From positions 50,932-114,931 of the forward strand of contig JBAYIX010000002.1 in NCBI GenBank assembly GCA_041665385.1: a DNA stretch of 64,000 bases. The letters are read 5' to 3'. Positions 1 to 9,700 of the stretch are shown here, piece by piece. The stretch comes from Minisyncoccota bacterium (GTDB taxonomy: Bacteria; Patescibacteriota; Minisyncoccia; Phycocordibacterales; PALSA-1337). Numbering within the stretch: the first letter of the stretch is position 1; every line of letters begins with the position of its first letter. A program made the position numbers and the translations under genes. The notes under the pieces were generated by a model. That model saw only the letters and a program-made list of their open reading frames with translations, made no database searches and had not been told where the DNA came from.

Positions 1-2
1 TA

Positions 3-656
3 AAAAAGGGTCATCATTATTATTACTGCACAAACGGCAAACAAAAGTGCGAGGAGCATAAAAGCTATATGCGCGAAAACTATCTCTATGAAAAAGTTTC
101 TGAATTATTTGATAGGTTAGACTTCACCAAACGCAAAATCAACCTTATGTATCGAGCAGCGAAGGAGATGGCGGAGAAAAATGATAACTACTCGGAAAAT
201 ATCTTAAATACGCTTAAAAGCCAATTAGGCACACTCAAAACAAAAGAAAATCGTTTACTAGATACTTTCCTCGCAGAACAGATTTCCAAGGATATATATG
301 ATGCCAAAGTCCTTGAAATACACAATGAGCGAGTTTCCCTTAACCAGAAGATACGGGAAACTGAAGCGAATGGTATGAAAGGAGTTTCTACTTTGGAACC
401 AGTGAAAGAGATCTTTTTACAAGGCAGTAGAGCCAAAAAAGAATTTCTCAAAGCAAATGATAGAAAGAAAAGAGAAATTATAGAAAATCTACTTTGGAAC
501 CTTTCATTCAGAGATAAAAATGTGGCCGAGATAAGGTTCAAAAGTACTTTTGAGATACTCGCAAAAACACCTAAAAATGCATCTATAAATACTTTGCTGC
601 GGGACTTGGATTCGAACCAAGATAACAAGCTTCAAAGGCTCGTGTCCTACCATTAG
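3..656 (+). CDS. Large serine recombinase, C-terminal part (zinc ribbon + coiled coil), 5'-truncated by window edge
   Basis: Frame is open from base 3: KKGHHYYYCTNGKQKCEEH zinc-ribbon motif, then a coiled coil and K(R)REIIENLLWN. The 3' end reads into the antisense of tRNA-Gln, typical of tRNA-integrated elements. Confidence 0.75.
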   Translation, partial: KKGHHYYYCTNGKQKCEEHKSYMRENYLYEKVSELFDRLDFTKRKINLMYRAAKEMAEKNDNYSENILNTLKSQLGTLKTKENRLLDTFLAEQISKDIYDAKVLEIHNERVSLNQKIRETEANGMKGVSTLEPVKEIFLQGSRAKKEFLKANDRKKREIIENLLWNLSFRDKNVAEIRFKSTFEILAKTPKNASINTLLRDLDSNQDNKLQRLVSYH

Positions 657-667
657 ACGATCCCGCA
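597..667 (-). tRNA. tRNA-Gln(TTG)
   Basis: Reverse complement TGCGGGATCGTCTAATGGTAGGACACGAGCCTTTGAAGCTTGTTATCTTGGTTCGAATCCAAGTCCCGCAG folds to a cloverleaf with anticodon TTG. CCA is not encoded. Confidence 0.95.
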
Positions 668-744
668 ATAATACTGTGATAAAGAACGGACCATTCATGA
701 TCCCGCAATATCTGTAAGTTACCAAAACAATCTACAACATTTTC

Positions 745-1764
745 CTAACTCTCACAAATACGCACTACCGCTATTTCTAGAGGCAGACTCTCTATCTTCG
801 CGCGCCCTGTAGCATCCGCGGCCTCTAGGAGCACCACGAGCATAGCCGGAGTCACGCGCTTCATCTCCCCCTCCTTTGCCACAAAATCCATATCATCGGG
901 AGACAACCTCTCGCCTACCGCGCGCTTGGACTGGGGGGAGTGCTGGAGAAGGAGTATGAACCTTACCTTCTCGAGTACCAGAGTCACAAAAGTAGACATA
1001 CTCACACCGGACTTCGTTCCTTGCCCTATACTATATAGTGCCCCATCTACATCCTTCCCCAAAAGTGCACTAACAAAGTCATTTACTAGACTCGCCTTGG
1101 GTGAGCCAGTTATAGCCTCCACATCTTCCCTATTTATCTTCTTTTTATTGGATGACCCTATCACTTTCTCGAGCATACCCAGAGCATCACGAAATGAGCC
1201 GTCACCAAGAAGCGCTATGAGGTCTGCCGCGCCCGGGTCTAGCTCATACTTCTCGCTCTTTGCTATGCTCTCTACCTGTTTCCTAACAATATCTCTCGAA
1301 GGCTTTCGGAAAGAGAAAGTCTGACATCTGGATATGATCGTATCTGGAACCTTATCGAGCTCCGTCGTAGCCAAAATAAATATTACATGTTGAGGAGGCT
1401 CTTCGAGGGTTTTGAGGAGAGCATTCCATGCATCCTTCGAGAGCATATGCACCTCATCTATTATGTAGACTTTATAAGGCGAGGAGAATGGCAAAACAGA
1501 GACATGCTCGCGCAAACTCCTTATATCATCTATACCTCGGTTCGATGCCGCATCTATCTCATAAATATCTTCATCCTTTGCTCCTACAGACTTTGCAAAT
1601 ATTCGGGCAAGAGTAGTCTTGCCTATTCCCCTACCTCCAGAAAAGAGATAGGCGTGGGCAATGCGCTTGTTCGCTATACTATCTTTGAGAGGGTCTACTA
1701 TATGCTCCTGCCCCACGACCTCGGACCATTTGGCTGGCCTATATGTGCGATACAAAACTGTCAT
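745..1764 (-). CDS. dnaX: DNA polymerase III subunit gamma/tau
   Basis: LYRTYRP, GGRGIGKTT Walker A, EIDAASNRG, IIDEVHML, NALLKTLEEPP, SRCQ. Confidence 0.97.
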   Translation of the reverse strand: MTVLYRTYRPAKWSEVVGQEHIVDPLKDSIANKRIAHAYLFSGGRGIGKTTLARIFAKSVGAKDEDIYEIDAASNRGIDDIRSLREHVSVLPFSSPYKVYIIDEVHMLSKDAWNALLKTLEEPPQHVIFILATTELDKVPDTIISRCQTFSFRKPSRDIVRKQVESIAKSEKYELDPGAADLIALLGDGSFRDALGMLEKVIGSSNKKKINREDVEAITGSPKASLVNDFVSALLGKDVDGALYSIGQGTKSGVSMSTFVTLVLEKVRFILLLQHSPQSKRAVGERLSPDDMDFVAKEGEMKRVTPAMLVVLLEAADATGRAKIESLPLEIAVVRICES

Positions 1765-1800
1765 GATGGTTCATTCTAACACAAAAATTTATAGGAAATA

Positions 1801-1832
1801 AAAAAAGGCCCAACATCTACAGGATGTGGGCC
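1801..1832 (-). terminator. Intrinsic terminator upstream of dnaX
   Basis: Minus strand GGCCCACATC-CTGTA-GATGTTGGGCC followed by a T run. Confidence 0.65.
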
Positions 1833-2055
1833 CCAAGGGATAACGCAAACCAAACCCTTTACTTTTCAGTGACTCCGGGGAAGAAGTCACTATGGTGCTT
1901 GAACGCAACGTGTAACCCACACACGTCTTCACTACCGGATAGCAGTATACCACATATCGATACAAATATGCAAATAAAAAAGCCCTCATCATCAGATGGG
2001 GGCTTCAGACCGATTTCTCGGCCTATAGACCTGCTTTTGTTGTCCCTCTCCTACC

Positions 2056-3027
2056 TTATTTCGGAAAACTCTCTCCTATGATCCGCTTCACATCCCTTGA
2101 GTTCTTGGCCTCCATGAGCTTGACGCGCAACTCTTTTGCATTGTCCCAACCGGAAACATAGGCCTTGAAGTGTTTTTTCATAACGTCGAAGCTTTTCATA
2201 CCTTTGAATGTCTTTTCGAAAAGCTGGGCATGCTCTACCAAGATACTTACCCGCTCTTCCGGTGTCTTCTCTTTCGCCAAGTCGGCGAAAAACCAAGGCG
2301 TGCCGAATATTCCCCTGCCTATCATGATTCCGTCACAACCGTATTGTCTGCATTTTTCCCTGGCTTCAGCTAGGGTCTTCACATCGCCGTTGCCAATAAT
2401 GAGAGTGCCCGGAGATATCTCGTTCCGCAATTTCACAATTTCTGGCATGAGTTCCCAATGAGCCGCCACTTCTGACATCTCTTTCCTCGTGCGCAGATGC
2501 ACTGTGAGTGCAGGTAGACCTTGCATGAGGAGCGTACGTATCCAGTCCATGTCTACCTTGCTATACCCTAGCCTAGTCTTTACTGTGACAGGTATGCCCG
2601 GCGCACCCTCGCGAGCGGCCTTTATGACTTCGATGGCATTCTTGGGATTTCTTATCATCGCCGCGCCACCACCCTGCTTCTCTACCGACCGATCGGGACA
2701 GCCCATGTTTATATCCAATCCATCAAACTTGAGTTTGGCCACAAGCTCAGCCGCTTCCTTCATAGCCTTCGGGTGTCCGGAAAAAAGCTGAGCTACGATG
2801 GGGCGCTCTTTGGGTGAAAATTTCAGATCTATTATGAGCCTCTTCTTCCCGTCCGATACGAGACCGTCGGCGGAGACAAACTCGGTCCAAATGACATCCG
2901 GTTTGCCATACTTTGCGATAATCTTACGAAATACAGCATCGGTAACATTTGCCATAGGGGCGAGTACGAAAAATGGCTTGTTGAGATCTTTCCAGAAATT
3001 CTTGGTCTTTCGTGGTTTTATAGGCAT
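2056..3027 (-). CDS. dus: tRNA-dihydrouridine synthase
   Basis: LAPMANVTD, DINMGCP, VKTRLG, HLRT, GNGDV, MIGRG motifs. Confidence 0.95.
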   Translation of the reverse strand: MPIKPRKTKNFWKDLNKPFFVLAPMANVTDAVFRKIIAKYGKPDVIWTEFVSADGLVSDGKKRLIIDLKFSPKERPIVAQLFSGHPKAMKEAAELVAKLKFDGLDINMGCPDRSVEKQGGGAAMIRNPKNAIEVIKAAREGAPGIPVTVKTRLGYSKVDMDWIRTLLMQGLPALTVHLRTRKEMSEVAAHWELMPEIVKLRNEISPGTLIIGNGDVKTLAEAREKCRQYGCDGIMIGRGIFGTPWFFADLAKEKTPEERVSILVEHAQLFEKTFKGMKSFDVMKKHFKAYVSGWDNAKELRVKLMEAKNSRDVKRIIGESFPK

Positions 3028-3079
3028 AAGTATTTAGTCTATGGGTTTTAAGCTTTCGCGCAAGTGTGAGCTGGTGTTA

Positions 3080-3245
3080 GTCCCGACTCACACACTCCCT
3101 TCCCTCGGCTGCGGATTCACTCGTCACATCTCGGCATTTCCACAAACTGTGCCCTGCAAGGATTCGGTCACAGTTTGGGAAATGCATCGAGATCTGACTT
3201 CGTGAAGAGTCCTCGCCTTCGGGAAGTGAGTGTGTGAGTCGGGAC
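3080..3245. repeat. Long imperfect palindrome C1 (loop TGCAAGGATTC)
   Basis: 24/25-bp terminal inverted repeat GTCCCGACTCACACACTC.CTTCCC, plus inner paired segments. Confidence 0.85.
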
Positions 3246-3397
3246 CCCACCTTCTTCTTTTTGCGTCCCGAGGACTGTCTGAGAGAGTATAAATTTCTGG
3301 ACAAAATGGGAACCATTGCATGACCTCGTGACCATTTTGTCCTGAAATTTAACGAGCGAGTTCCGCAGGGACGCAAAAAGAAGAAGGTGGGGTCCCG
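3240..3397. repeat. Long palindrome C2, overlapping C1 at CGGGAC
   Basis: Perfect 30-bp terminal inverted repeat CGGGACCCCACCTTCTTCTTTTTGCGTCCC; inner stem AAATTTC.GGACAAAATGG. Confidence 0.85.
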
Positions 3398-3402
3398 TAG
3401 CA

Positions 3403-4371
3403 CTACTTCACTCGCGATAAAAGCTTGACCACATCCGAATCCCTAGAATCACTTCCCAGTAGCACCACCGCATACATTTCCCTCTCCTCCCCAAAAGTAA
3501 ATATTGCCGCACTCGTGAGTTTTGCCTCCGGAATATAACCATTCTTGCCACCATAATAGTTCGACCAGTTCAGGAAGTGTGAAGGATTGACCCAGGTATG
3601 CGTACGCACAGTCTTTGTCTTCATATCTGTTATCTCCAATATTTCCGGATCATTCTTGCGTATCCAGTCCAGAATAATGGCGAGATCAGTCGCGGTCGAA
3701 CGATTGTCAGCGGAGAGACCAGACGGATCCCGAAAATATGTACGGTATGCACCTATCGTCTGAGCAAAATTATTCATGGCTTCTATGAAAGCCTTGCGGC
3801 CATAGTTGTGCGCAAAGGCTTCGGCGGCATCATTCGAGGAGACCATGAGGAGCGGGTAGAACATGTCTTTGGCCAGGAAAACCTCGCCTGCACGGAACTG
3901 GGCCGTATTGCCATAGGTATCGATGATGCTTTTAGAAAGGACGATGTGCTCATCGGGATCGATGAGCTTCCTCGCTACTATCGCAGTCACAAGCTTGGTC
4001 AAGGAAGCGACGGGCATGAGAGTGTCAGCATTGTTTGCGGCTATGACCTCGTCAGTGTCGAGGTTGCGGATGATATAGCCATTTGCAGTGATGTCATTTT
4101 CTAGAGACTGGGGGATATTGAGTGTGGCGGTATTTATGAGATCCTCTTCCTGACTCGCAGTATAGCGGATGAGACGACGGAAGCCCTCGAGACTGGTGCC
4201 TTCTATGGGCTGTTCGATGAGAGAAGCTATGGCATTTGCTGTCATATCGAGATCGATCCTAGAAATGACTGGCAATACATCATCATGAATCCAAACCAAA
4301 CCAAAATATATGCCAAAAAGGGCGATGATCATACCCAGGCCACCGTAAAGCACACTGAAAAATTGTCTCAT
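3403..4371 (-). CDS. D-alanyl-D-alanine carboxypeptidase (peptidase S11)
   Basis: N-terminal TM; SLTK, SSN and KNG catalytic motifs. Confidence 0.9.
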   Translation of the reverse strand: MRQFFSVLYGGLGMIIALFGIYFGLVWIHDDVLPVISRIDLDMTANAIASLIEQPIEGTSLEGFRRLIRYTASQEEDLINTATLNIPQSLENDITANGYIIRNLDTDEVIAANNADTLMPVASLTKLVTAIVARKLIDPDEHIVLSKSIIDTYGNTAQFRAGEVFLAKDMFYPLLMVSSNDAAEAFAHNYGRKAFIEAMNNFAQTIGAYRTYFRDPSGLSADNRSTATDLAIILDWIRKNDPEILEITDMKTKTVRTHTWVNPSHFLNWSNYYGGKNGYIPEAKLTSAAIFTFGEEREMYAVVLLGSDSRDSDVVKLLSRVK

Positions 4372-4406
4372 CGTTACATATTATCACACGGCGGGAGACG
4401 CAATAG

Positions 4407-5360
4407 CTATTTTACCAGGCGATAAAAAACATTCGAGCCGAAACGAAGGTCGATCGTTTCAAAATTCAAATATTCATTTTTGGTACGAGCATCCGTGAGC
4501 ATGTGCGACCAGAAGGAAACGAAGTTGCTGATCTGGTTTTCGAAACCATTTACTTCATTGAAATAAACAACGATTGTTTCGACGGGTGTCGAAGTGCCTA
4601 CGACGGACTTGTCTTTGCCCGGATTTTCTATGAAGAGTTCGTATTCTCCCCCACCTTTCACGAGTATACCCAGTGGGTTCACACGAGAGAGACGCATAGA
4701 TTCATAAAATCCCTGCAGAGCTCGGAATGTACTCGAAGCAAATGCTTCCCTGCCGATGGCGTCGTTTTGCGGAGCGTCATTCTCTATGTCGAGGAGGTAG
4801 TAGCTGTTGTACATATTTACTGGAAAGACGCCAGCCTTCATATATATGACACCACTCGCATCGGTAAAAAAGCAGTTTTCCGATTGGCCGCCTGTTTCAG
4901 CATTTTCAGCAATACTGAAATTCGGCAATCCCGCACAGACCAGAGCAGCGGGAGACTTTTCGTGAACCTGTATGTCGAGACTGCCGAGACCGGACCGTCG
5001 TATGCTGAGTGATTCTATTCTAGGTGATGTCTCTTTTATAGCTTCGCTAATATCCGCCTTGGAAATAAGTAGAAAGTTCGACTTGGAAAACAGGCCGAGA
5101 TAGTCGCCCTCAAGTGCACGGAGAGCAGCCGCCTCGAGTGCAGGAAGAATGTCCGGGTCTGCGCCGGAAATACTGACATGCCCGATATTGACCCGATCGA
5201 GGTACGTAAAGCTGGAAATAGCATAGGTCCACGAACCAGCGGAAATGAGGACGAGAACTAAGGCAAAAAAGTTTCTCCGGCGTTTGTTTTCCGCAAACTT
5301 TGACGACTGACGCGCCAATGTTGTGATATGCACATTATGAACATCAAATCTTTTTTTCAT
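4407..5360 (-). CDS. FtsQ/DivIB-like membrane protein (POTRA)
   Basis: Single TM, POTRA-like region, C-terminal IDLRFGSNVFY. Confidence 0.7.
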   Translation of the reverse strand: MKKRFDVHNVHITTLARQSSKFAENKRRRNFFALVLVLISAGSWTYAISSFTYLDRVNIGHVSISGADPDILPALEAAALRALEGDYLGLFSKSNFLLISKADISEAIKETSPRIESLSIRRSGLGSLDIQVHEKSPAALVCAGLPNFSIAENAETGGQSENCFFTDASGVIYMKAGVFPVNMYNSYYLLDIENDAPQNDAIGREAFASSTFRALQGFYESMRLSRVNPLGILVKGGGEYELFIENPGKDKSVVGTSTPVETIVVYFNEVNGFENQISNFVSFWSHMLTDARTKNEYLNFETIDLRFGSNVFYRLVK

Positions 5361-5385
5361 TCATATGCCGCACTGGCGGCAGGAT

Positions 5386-6648
5386 TTATTTTATAACATC
5401 CTTGCCCATGTACTTTGTGAGGACTTCGGGGATCTTGATACTGCCGTCGGGTTGCTGGAAATTTTCGATGAGAGAGACGAGGATACGAGGTGTAGGAATA
5501 GCTGTAGCGTTCAATGAATGAGCGTAGCGCATCACACCCTCGGCATCACGATAGCGGATATTGAGACGTCTGCATTGAAAATCATGGAAATACGATGCGG
5601 AACCGATCTCCCTGTATTTACCTTCCTTGGGAACCCAAAGTTCGATATCATACTTCTTTACTTGGCCGAGACCTAGGTCTGCGCCACAATTCACAACTGT
5701 GTGATACGGTATTCCGAGCGCTTCTATGAACTCTTCGGTATTCCTATTCACCTCCTCGTGATACTTTACGGACGCTTCGTGATTCGCTTCACAGAGTATC
5801 ACTTGCTCAAACTTATAAAATTCATTGACCCGTATGAGACCGTGAACGTCCTTACCATGGGCGCCCGCTTCCCTGCGAAAACACGGGGAAAATCCCAAAT
5901 ATTTCTTTGGAAGCTCGGCCGACGATAGAACTTCGTCACCATGAAGCCCCATTATGGGAACTTCGGCTGTACCTACTAGGTAATCTCCGTCTTGAGTTTT
6001 GTAAAGATCCTCTTCACCTTGAGGCAAGTAACCTGAGCCGTAGAGATTTATAGCCCGAACTATGACGGGAGGAATGATAGGCACAAAGCCTTTCTTTTGG
6101 AAGAATTCCAAGGCAAAATTCCAAATAGCAAAACACAGATTCACCGCATCACCGGTAAGAAAATATCCGCGAAAGCCATGGATCTTGGCTCCGCGCTCTA
6201 GATCGAGCATGCCGAGCTTGGTCATGATCTCGATATGGTTTTTGGGTTCAAATGGAAAACTGGTCTTTTCTCCCCAGACTTTGACTTCGAGATTGTCAGC
6301 ATCAGAATTACCATCAGGTACGGACATATCTGGAATATTTGGCACTGCGAGCATGAGAGCTTGCCACTCTTTCATTGTTCCCTTGAGTTCCTCCTCGTCT
6401 TTTTCCATTTCGCCCTTTACTATTTTCATTTCCCCTATGAGTTTTGTTCTTTCTTCTGGATCTTTTGCTCCACTGATCTTTTCGCTGGCTATGTTTTGTG
6501 CCGCGCGTTTCTTTTCCACAGCGAGCAAGAGTAATTTGCGCTTGTCATCTGATACTAGGAGCTGGTCTACGTCAAATTTTAGATGTTTTTTCTTTGCGGC
6601 TGACGCGATGAGATCCTTGTTTTCTCTGATGAATTTTATGTCTAACAT
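5386..6648 (-). CDS. serS: Serine--tRNA ligase
   Basis: MLDIKFIREN, GTAE, FRREAG, HSLNATA. Confidence 0.97.
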   Translation of the reverse strand: MLDIKFIRENKDLIASAAKKKHLKFDVDQLLVSDDKRKLLLLAVEKKRAAQNIASEKISGAKDPEERTKLIGEMKIVKGEMEKDEEELKGTMKEWQALMLAVPNIPDMSVPDGNSDADNLEVKVWGEKTSFPFEPKNHIEIMTKLGMLDLERGAKIHGFRGYFLTGDAVNLCFAIWNFALEFFQKKGFVPIIPPVIVRAINLYGSGYLPQGEEDLYKTQDGDYLVGTAEVPIMGLHGDEVLSSAELPKKYLGFSPCFRREAGAHGKDVHGLIRVNEFYKFEQVILCEANHEASVKYHEEVNRNTEEFIEALGIPYHTVVNCGADLGLGQVKKYDIELWVPKEGKYREIGSASYFHDFQCRRLNIRYRDAEGVMRYAHSLNATAIPTPRILVSLIENFQQPDGSIKIPEVLTKYMGKDVIK

Positions 6649-6702
6649 GTGGCTATTTTAGCACAATTATTTTGATTTGCATTACTATGGTAAAATTGTG
6701 AC

Positions 6703-6810
6703 CGTCCCGCCTGCATCCTGCCTTTTCGCAAGATTTGAAATAGTTGTGCAGGGTCCGAGTATTGTAAATACTTCACAAATCTTGCGAAAAGGCAGGATGC
6801 AGGCGGGACG
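6703..6810. repeat. Palindromic element A1
   Basis: Perfect 35-bp arms around the 38-nt core AAATAGTTGTGCAGGGTCCGAGTATTGTAAATACTTCA. Confidence 0.9.
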
Positions 6811-6816
6811 AATAAC

Positions 6817-7698
6817 ATGAAGTTAACAACAAAAAGAATATCCATAGAAGACTATCCGATATTGCTCAACGAAATATCGAGCCCTCCCCCACACATGGAC
6901 TTTGCTGGCAGATTTCCAGATAAAAAAGACAAATATCTCTGTGTAGTAGGATCTCGTCACAACAGCGTATACGGTGAAGATGTCACAAGGAAGCTAATAG
7001 CGGGCCTCAAAGGCTATCCCATAACTATAGTCTCTGGTCTTGCTGTCGGTATTGACTCCATCGCTCACGAGGCCGCTCTGGAGAATGGACTGAATACGAT
7101 ATGCTTTCCCGGGTCTGGTTTGTCTCTATCTGTACTCTACCCAGCTGTAAAGCGCGATCTAGCGCTCCGCATCGTGGAGAGTGGTGGCGCGTTGTACTCA
7201 CAGTTCGGCATGAACCAGCTCGGAGACAAATGGACATTTCCGAATAGGAACCGCACCATGGCCGGTGCATCTCATGCGACTCTCATCATCGAAGCGGCAG
7301 AGAAGTCCGGCAGTCTCATCACGACCAGTCATGCCCGAGAATTTGGCCGGGAAGTATTCGCCGTACCAGGATCCATCATATCCGACTTGTCTTATGGACC
7401 ACACAGTCTTATTCGTGACGGCGCGACACCTGTATATTCTGCTGAGGATATCTTGCAGGGATTGGGATTCCAGGTCATACGGACAGATGGAATGATTTCC
7501 GCCTTGCCAAATTATTCTGAGATGAAGCTGGAACCAGATCAGAGAACTATCATAGATCATCTTCGCATCGAGAAGCTTTCATCTACAGGACTTATAGACA
7601 AGACGGGCTTTACAGCGACAAAACTCAATCTGGTGATTTCTGAACTCGAGCTATTGGGATTGGTAAAGGATGCAAATGGAATATATAGACTAATGTAG
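6817..7698 (+). CDS. dprA: DNA processing protein DprA
   Basis: VVGSR, SGLAVGIDSIAH, FPNRNR, SGSLIT, VFAVPG. Confidence 0.95.
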   Translation: MKLTTKRISIEDYPILLNEISSPPPHMDFAGRFPDKKDKYLCVVGSRHNSVYGEDVTRKLIAGLKGYPITIVSGLAVGIDSIAHEAALENGLNTICFPGSGLSLSVLYPAVKRDLALRIVESGGALYSQFGMNQLGDKWTFPNRNRTMAGASHATLIIEAAEKSGSLITTSHAREFGREVFAVPGSIISDLSYGPHSLIRDGATPVYSAEDILQGLGFQVIRTDGMISALPNYSEMKLEPDQRTIIDHLRIEKLSSTGLIDKTGFTATKLNLVISELELLGLVKDANGIYRLM

Positions 7699-7817
7699 GT
7701 AAAAGCGGACATGCAATGTGCTCTTTTTGCATGATTTGAAATAGTTGTGCAGGGTCCGAGTATTGTAAATACTTCACAAATCATGCAAAAAGAGCACATT
7801 GCATGCCCGCTTTTACC
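7698..7817. repeat. Palindromic element A2
   Basis: 40/41-bp arms; core identical to A1; fills the gap between the convergent dprA and iscS stop codons. Confidence 0.9.
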
Positions 7818-9036
7818 GGATGCGTCCAAGTAATTCTTTTATTATTTTCAATGCTTTCATCACCTCCCTCTCAGTACTCCACCGCCCAAAAGAAAACCGC
7901 ACAGAATTTTTGCTGTTCGCACCGATGGTTTTGAGCACGTAGGATTCATCTTCGTCACGCAGACAGGAGCTCTTGGTAGAAGCCGCAATACCGTGTGCAT
8001 CTAATTCCATTACGAAGAATTCACTCTCTATGCCGGGAATGGAAACATTTAGGATGTGGGGGGACACCGCACCATCGAAATTTGTGTCACGCTCATCACC
8101 CTTGGCACGTTCCCCATTTACCTTTATGTCCTTATTTATCCGAAGTAATTCATTCATAAAAAGTTTCTTGAGCGAGATGAGCCGGACTGACTCTGCTTCG
8201 CGTGTCTGGCTCACGATATTCACAGCCTCGGCAAACCCCATCACGCCTGGAAGATTTTCTGTACCCGAACGCAAACCCTTTTCCTGGCCTCCGCCATACA
8301 TGACAGGAGAAATAGGCAATGAACGCTTCTTGTAAAGTGCACCTATTCCTCTCGGACCAAAGACCTTACTACTGTCGAGAGTGAGCATATCCACACCGAG
8401 TTTTTCTACATTCAAGTCCTGATAGAGTCCCTGCGCGGCATCGGTATGCAAGAGCGGATATTTCACATCCTGATAGGCGAAAGCCGAGGTTTCGGCGTAC
8501 TTTTCCCTAGCTTGGCGGACCATCTTCGCTATCTCACGTATGGGTTCGACAGTACCGATCTCATTGTTCACAGTCATGACAGAGATGAGTACAGTGTCGG
8601 GACGGATCTGTTTTTTGAGACTATCGAAATCGACTGCGCCATCGCTATTTACTCGGATCACCTCTACCCGAACACCCTTTTCGCTGAGGTGGTTCGCACA
8701 TTCGCGGACGGACGAATGTTCTATGGCACTTATGAGCACATGCATGGAGTCATATTCGAGACCAGTATTGCGCAAGCGTTCGATCGAGCCTAATAGCGCA
8801 AGATTGTTACTCTCGGTACCACCAGAAGTGAAAGTGATGTCATCTGGATGAGCATGGAGATATTCCGCAACTGTTTTTCGTGCTGTCACGAGAGCTTCCT
8901 TTGCTAGGACGCCTTCGCTATACCAGGAAGAAGGGTTGGCATACATAGGGTCGGAATACTGCTTCATGGTGCGGAGAACACCCTCATCTATGGGAGTGAG
9001 CGAGGCATAGTCGAGATAGATGCGCTTTTTGAACAT
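7813..9036 (-). CDS. iscS: Cysteine desulfurase (IscS/NifS family)
   Basis: IYLDYAS, FTSGGTESNN, HTDAAQ, RSGTEN, SSC. Start placed at MFKKRIY. Confidence 0.9.
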   Translation of the reverse strand: MFKKRIYLDYASLTPIDEGVLRTMKQYSDPMYANPSSWYSEGVLAKEALVTARKTVAEYLHAHPDDITFTSGGTESNNLALLGSIERLRNTGLEYDSMHVLISAIEHSSVRECANHLSEKGVRVEVIRVNSDGAVDFDSLKKQIRPDTVLISVMTVNNEIGTVEPIREIAKMVRQAREKYAETSAFAYQDVKYPLLHTDAAQGLYQDLNVEKLGVDMLTLDSSKVFGPRGIGALYKKRSLPISPVMYGGGQEKGLRSGTENLPGVMGFAEAVNIVSQTREAESVRLISLKKLFMNELLRINKDIKVNGERAKGDERDTNFDGAVSPHILNVSIPGIESEFFVMELDAHGIAASTKSSCLRDEDESYVLKTIGANSKNSVRFSFGRWSTEREVMKALKIIKELLGRIR

Positions 9037-9090
9037 GACATGAGTGTACAATATTTTGCCTTTTCTGGTAAGACATACGATAATGGTGCA

Positions 9091-9555
9091 ATGCAAACAA
9101 TATTTCAAAACCCACTTTTGGTCGGCTTCATAGCGCTCTGTATCACAAACGTCATTTTTCTCGGCATCATCCTGTGGATGTATTTCAGACAACGCAAATT
9201 CCTGGTGGGTTTTGATTCCGAAAATGTCAGCCAATCTCTACAGTTCGTCTCTGCAAATCTGCGCGACATGGAAAAATTTCGCAAAGAGATGGAAACATAT
9301 CTTACCCAGGTAGAGCGCCGTCTCCGGAAGAGTGTGCAGTCAGTGAATACGGTCCGCTTCAACCCCTTCAAAGGCACGGGTGACGGTGGCAACCAGAGCT
9401 TTGCGACAGCGCTCCTGAACGAAGACGGAGATGGTGTGGTCATTTCCAGTCTGCACTCGCGCGACCATACGAGGGTATTTTCCAAGCCGGTAGTAGGCCG
9501 CGAGTCAGAGATCGAGCTTTCTGAAGAAGAGCGGGATGCGATAGCGATGAGGTAA
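9091..9555 (+). CDS. DUF4446-like membrane-anchored protein
   Basis: N-terminal TM; VRFNPF..GGNQSFA.ALL...GDGVVISSL motif. Confidence 0.8.
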   Translation: MQTIFQNPLLVGFIALCITNVIFLGIILWMYFRQRKFLVGFDSENVSQSLQFVSANLRDMEKFRKEMETYLTQVERRLRKSVQSVNTVRFNPFKGTGDGGNQSFATALLNEDGDGVVISSLHSRDHTRVFSKPVVGRESEIELSEEERDAIAMR

Positions 9556-9700
9556 GGAATTTTTTTGAGTGCAAATTTAGTGTCAAAAATTAGTTTGACT
9601 AATTCTTTTTTTACCAGTATAAATTAAACAAACATAGTACGGCGGCATGCGTGTGCATGTCGCTTTTGACAACGAAATAATAATAAGAGAAAGGCAAAGT

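Noticed and set aside
1801-1973. SRP RNA (often next to dnaX)
   Set aside because: No CAGG..GRAA..AGCAG domain IV motif on either strand.
6703-7817. CRISPR array from the identical cores
   Set aside because: Only two copies 1 kb apart with a gene between them; no spacer periodicity and no cas genes.
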